Assembly (NCBI GenBank): GCA_024137785.1
Contig: JAHRHZ010000002.1
Span: forward strand, 4,359,329 to 4,423,328
Length of the DNA: 64,000 nucleotides
Reading direction: 5' to 3'
Source of the DNA: Ginglymostoma cirratum
Lineage: Eukaryota
In this document: positions 63,724-64,000 of the stretch, one piece after another
Layout of the letters: each line of letters opens with the position of its first letter
Numbering within the stretch: position 1 is the first letter of the stretch
Position numbers and translations under genes: made by a program
The notes under the pieces: generated by a model
Seen by the model: the letters and a program-made list of their open reading frames with translations, nothing else
What the model was told of the DNA's origin: nothing
The model's database searches: none

Positions 63724-64000
63724 CTACATTGCCGAGGCCAGGCGCCTGCTCTCTGACACCTCCTCCTACTGCCCCCTTGATCATGACCCCACCCCTGACC
63801 ACCAAAACATCATCTCCCAGACCATCCACAACCTCATCACTTCAGGTGACCTGCCACCCACAGCCTCCAACCTCATCGTTCCCCAACCCTGCACCACCTG
63901 TTTCTATCTCCTTCCCAAAATCCACAAACCCAACTGCCCTGGTCAACCCATTGTCTCCACCTGCTCCTGCCCCACTGAACTTATCTCCACCTATCTCGAC
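63724..64000 (+). mobile_element. Penelope-like RT fragment running off the window
   Basis: Reverse complement of about 38308-38585 (FYLLPKIHKPNCPGQPIVS). Confidence 0.85.

Overview
Repeat-rich vertebrate genomic DNA, most likely from a shark: it has HE1-type tRNA SINEs, abundant CR1 LINEs, and MHC proteins that resemble nurse-shark sequences as I recall them. The window holds a complete MHC class II alpha gene on the minus strand. Its four coding exons (49598-49664, 34174-34422, 23849-24130, 22544-22689) splice in phase to a 247-aa protein. A probable 3'-UTR-only exon lies at about 13995-14365, and there is a canonical X-Y promoter. Downstream, in the same orientation, lie the promoter and signal-peptide exon (4342-4444) of a probable class II beta gene. 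That promoter has an X1/X2-Y module plus two 25-bp-phased arrays of CCAAT/Y boxes. The rest is nested retroelements: CR1, L2, Rex1/Babar, RTE, a truncated Gypsy and Penelope-like elements. Many short Penelope-derived inserts carry minimal hammerhead-ribozyme motifs and long target-site duplications. A 3-kb pyrimidine/purine-skewed tract sits in alpha intron 2. No database searches were run; family assignments rest on motifs recognised by eye.
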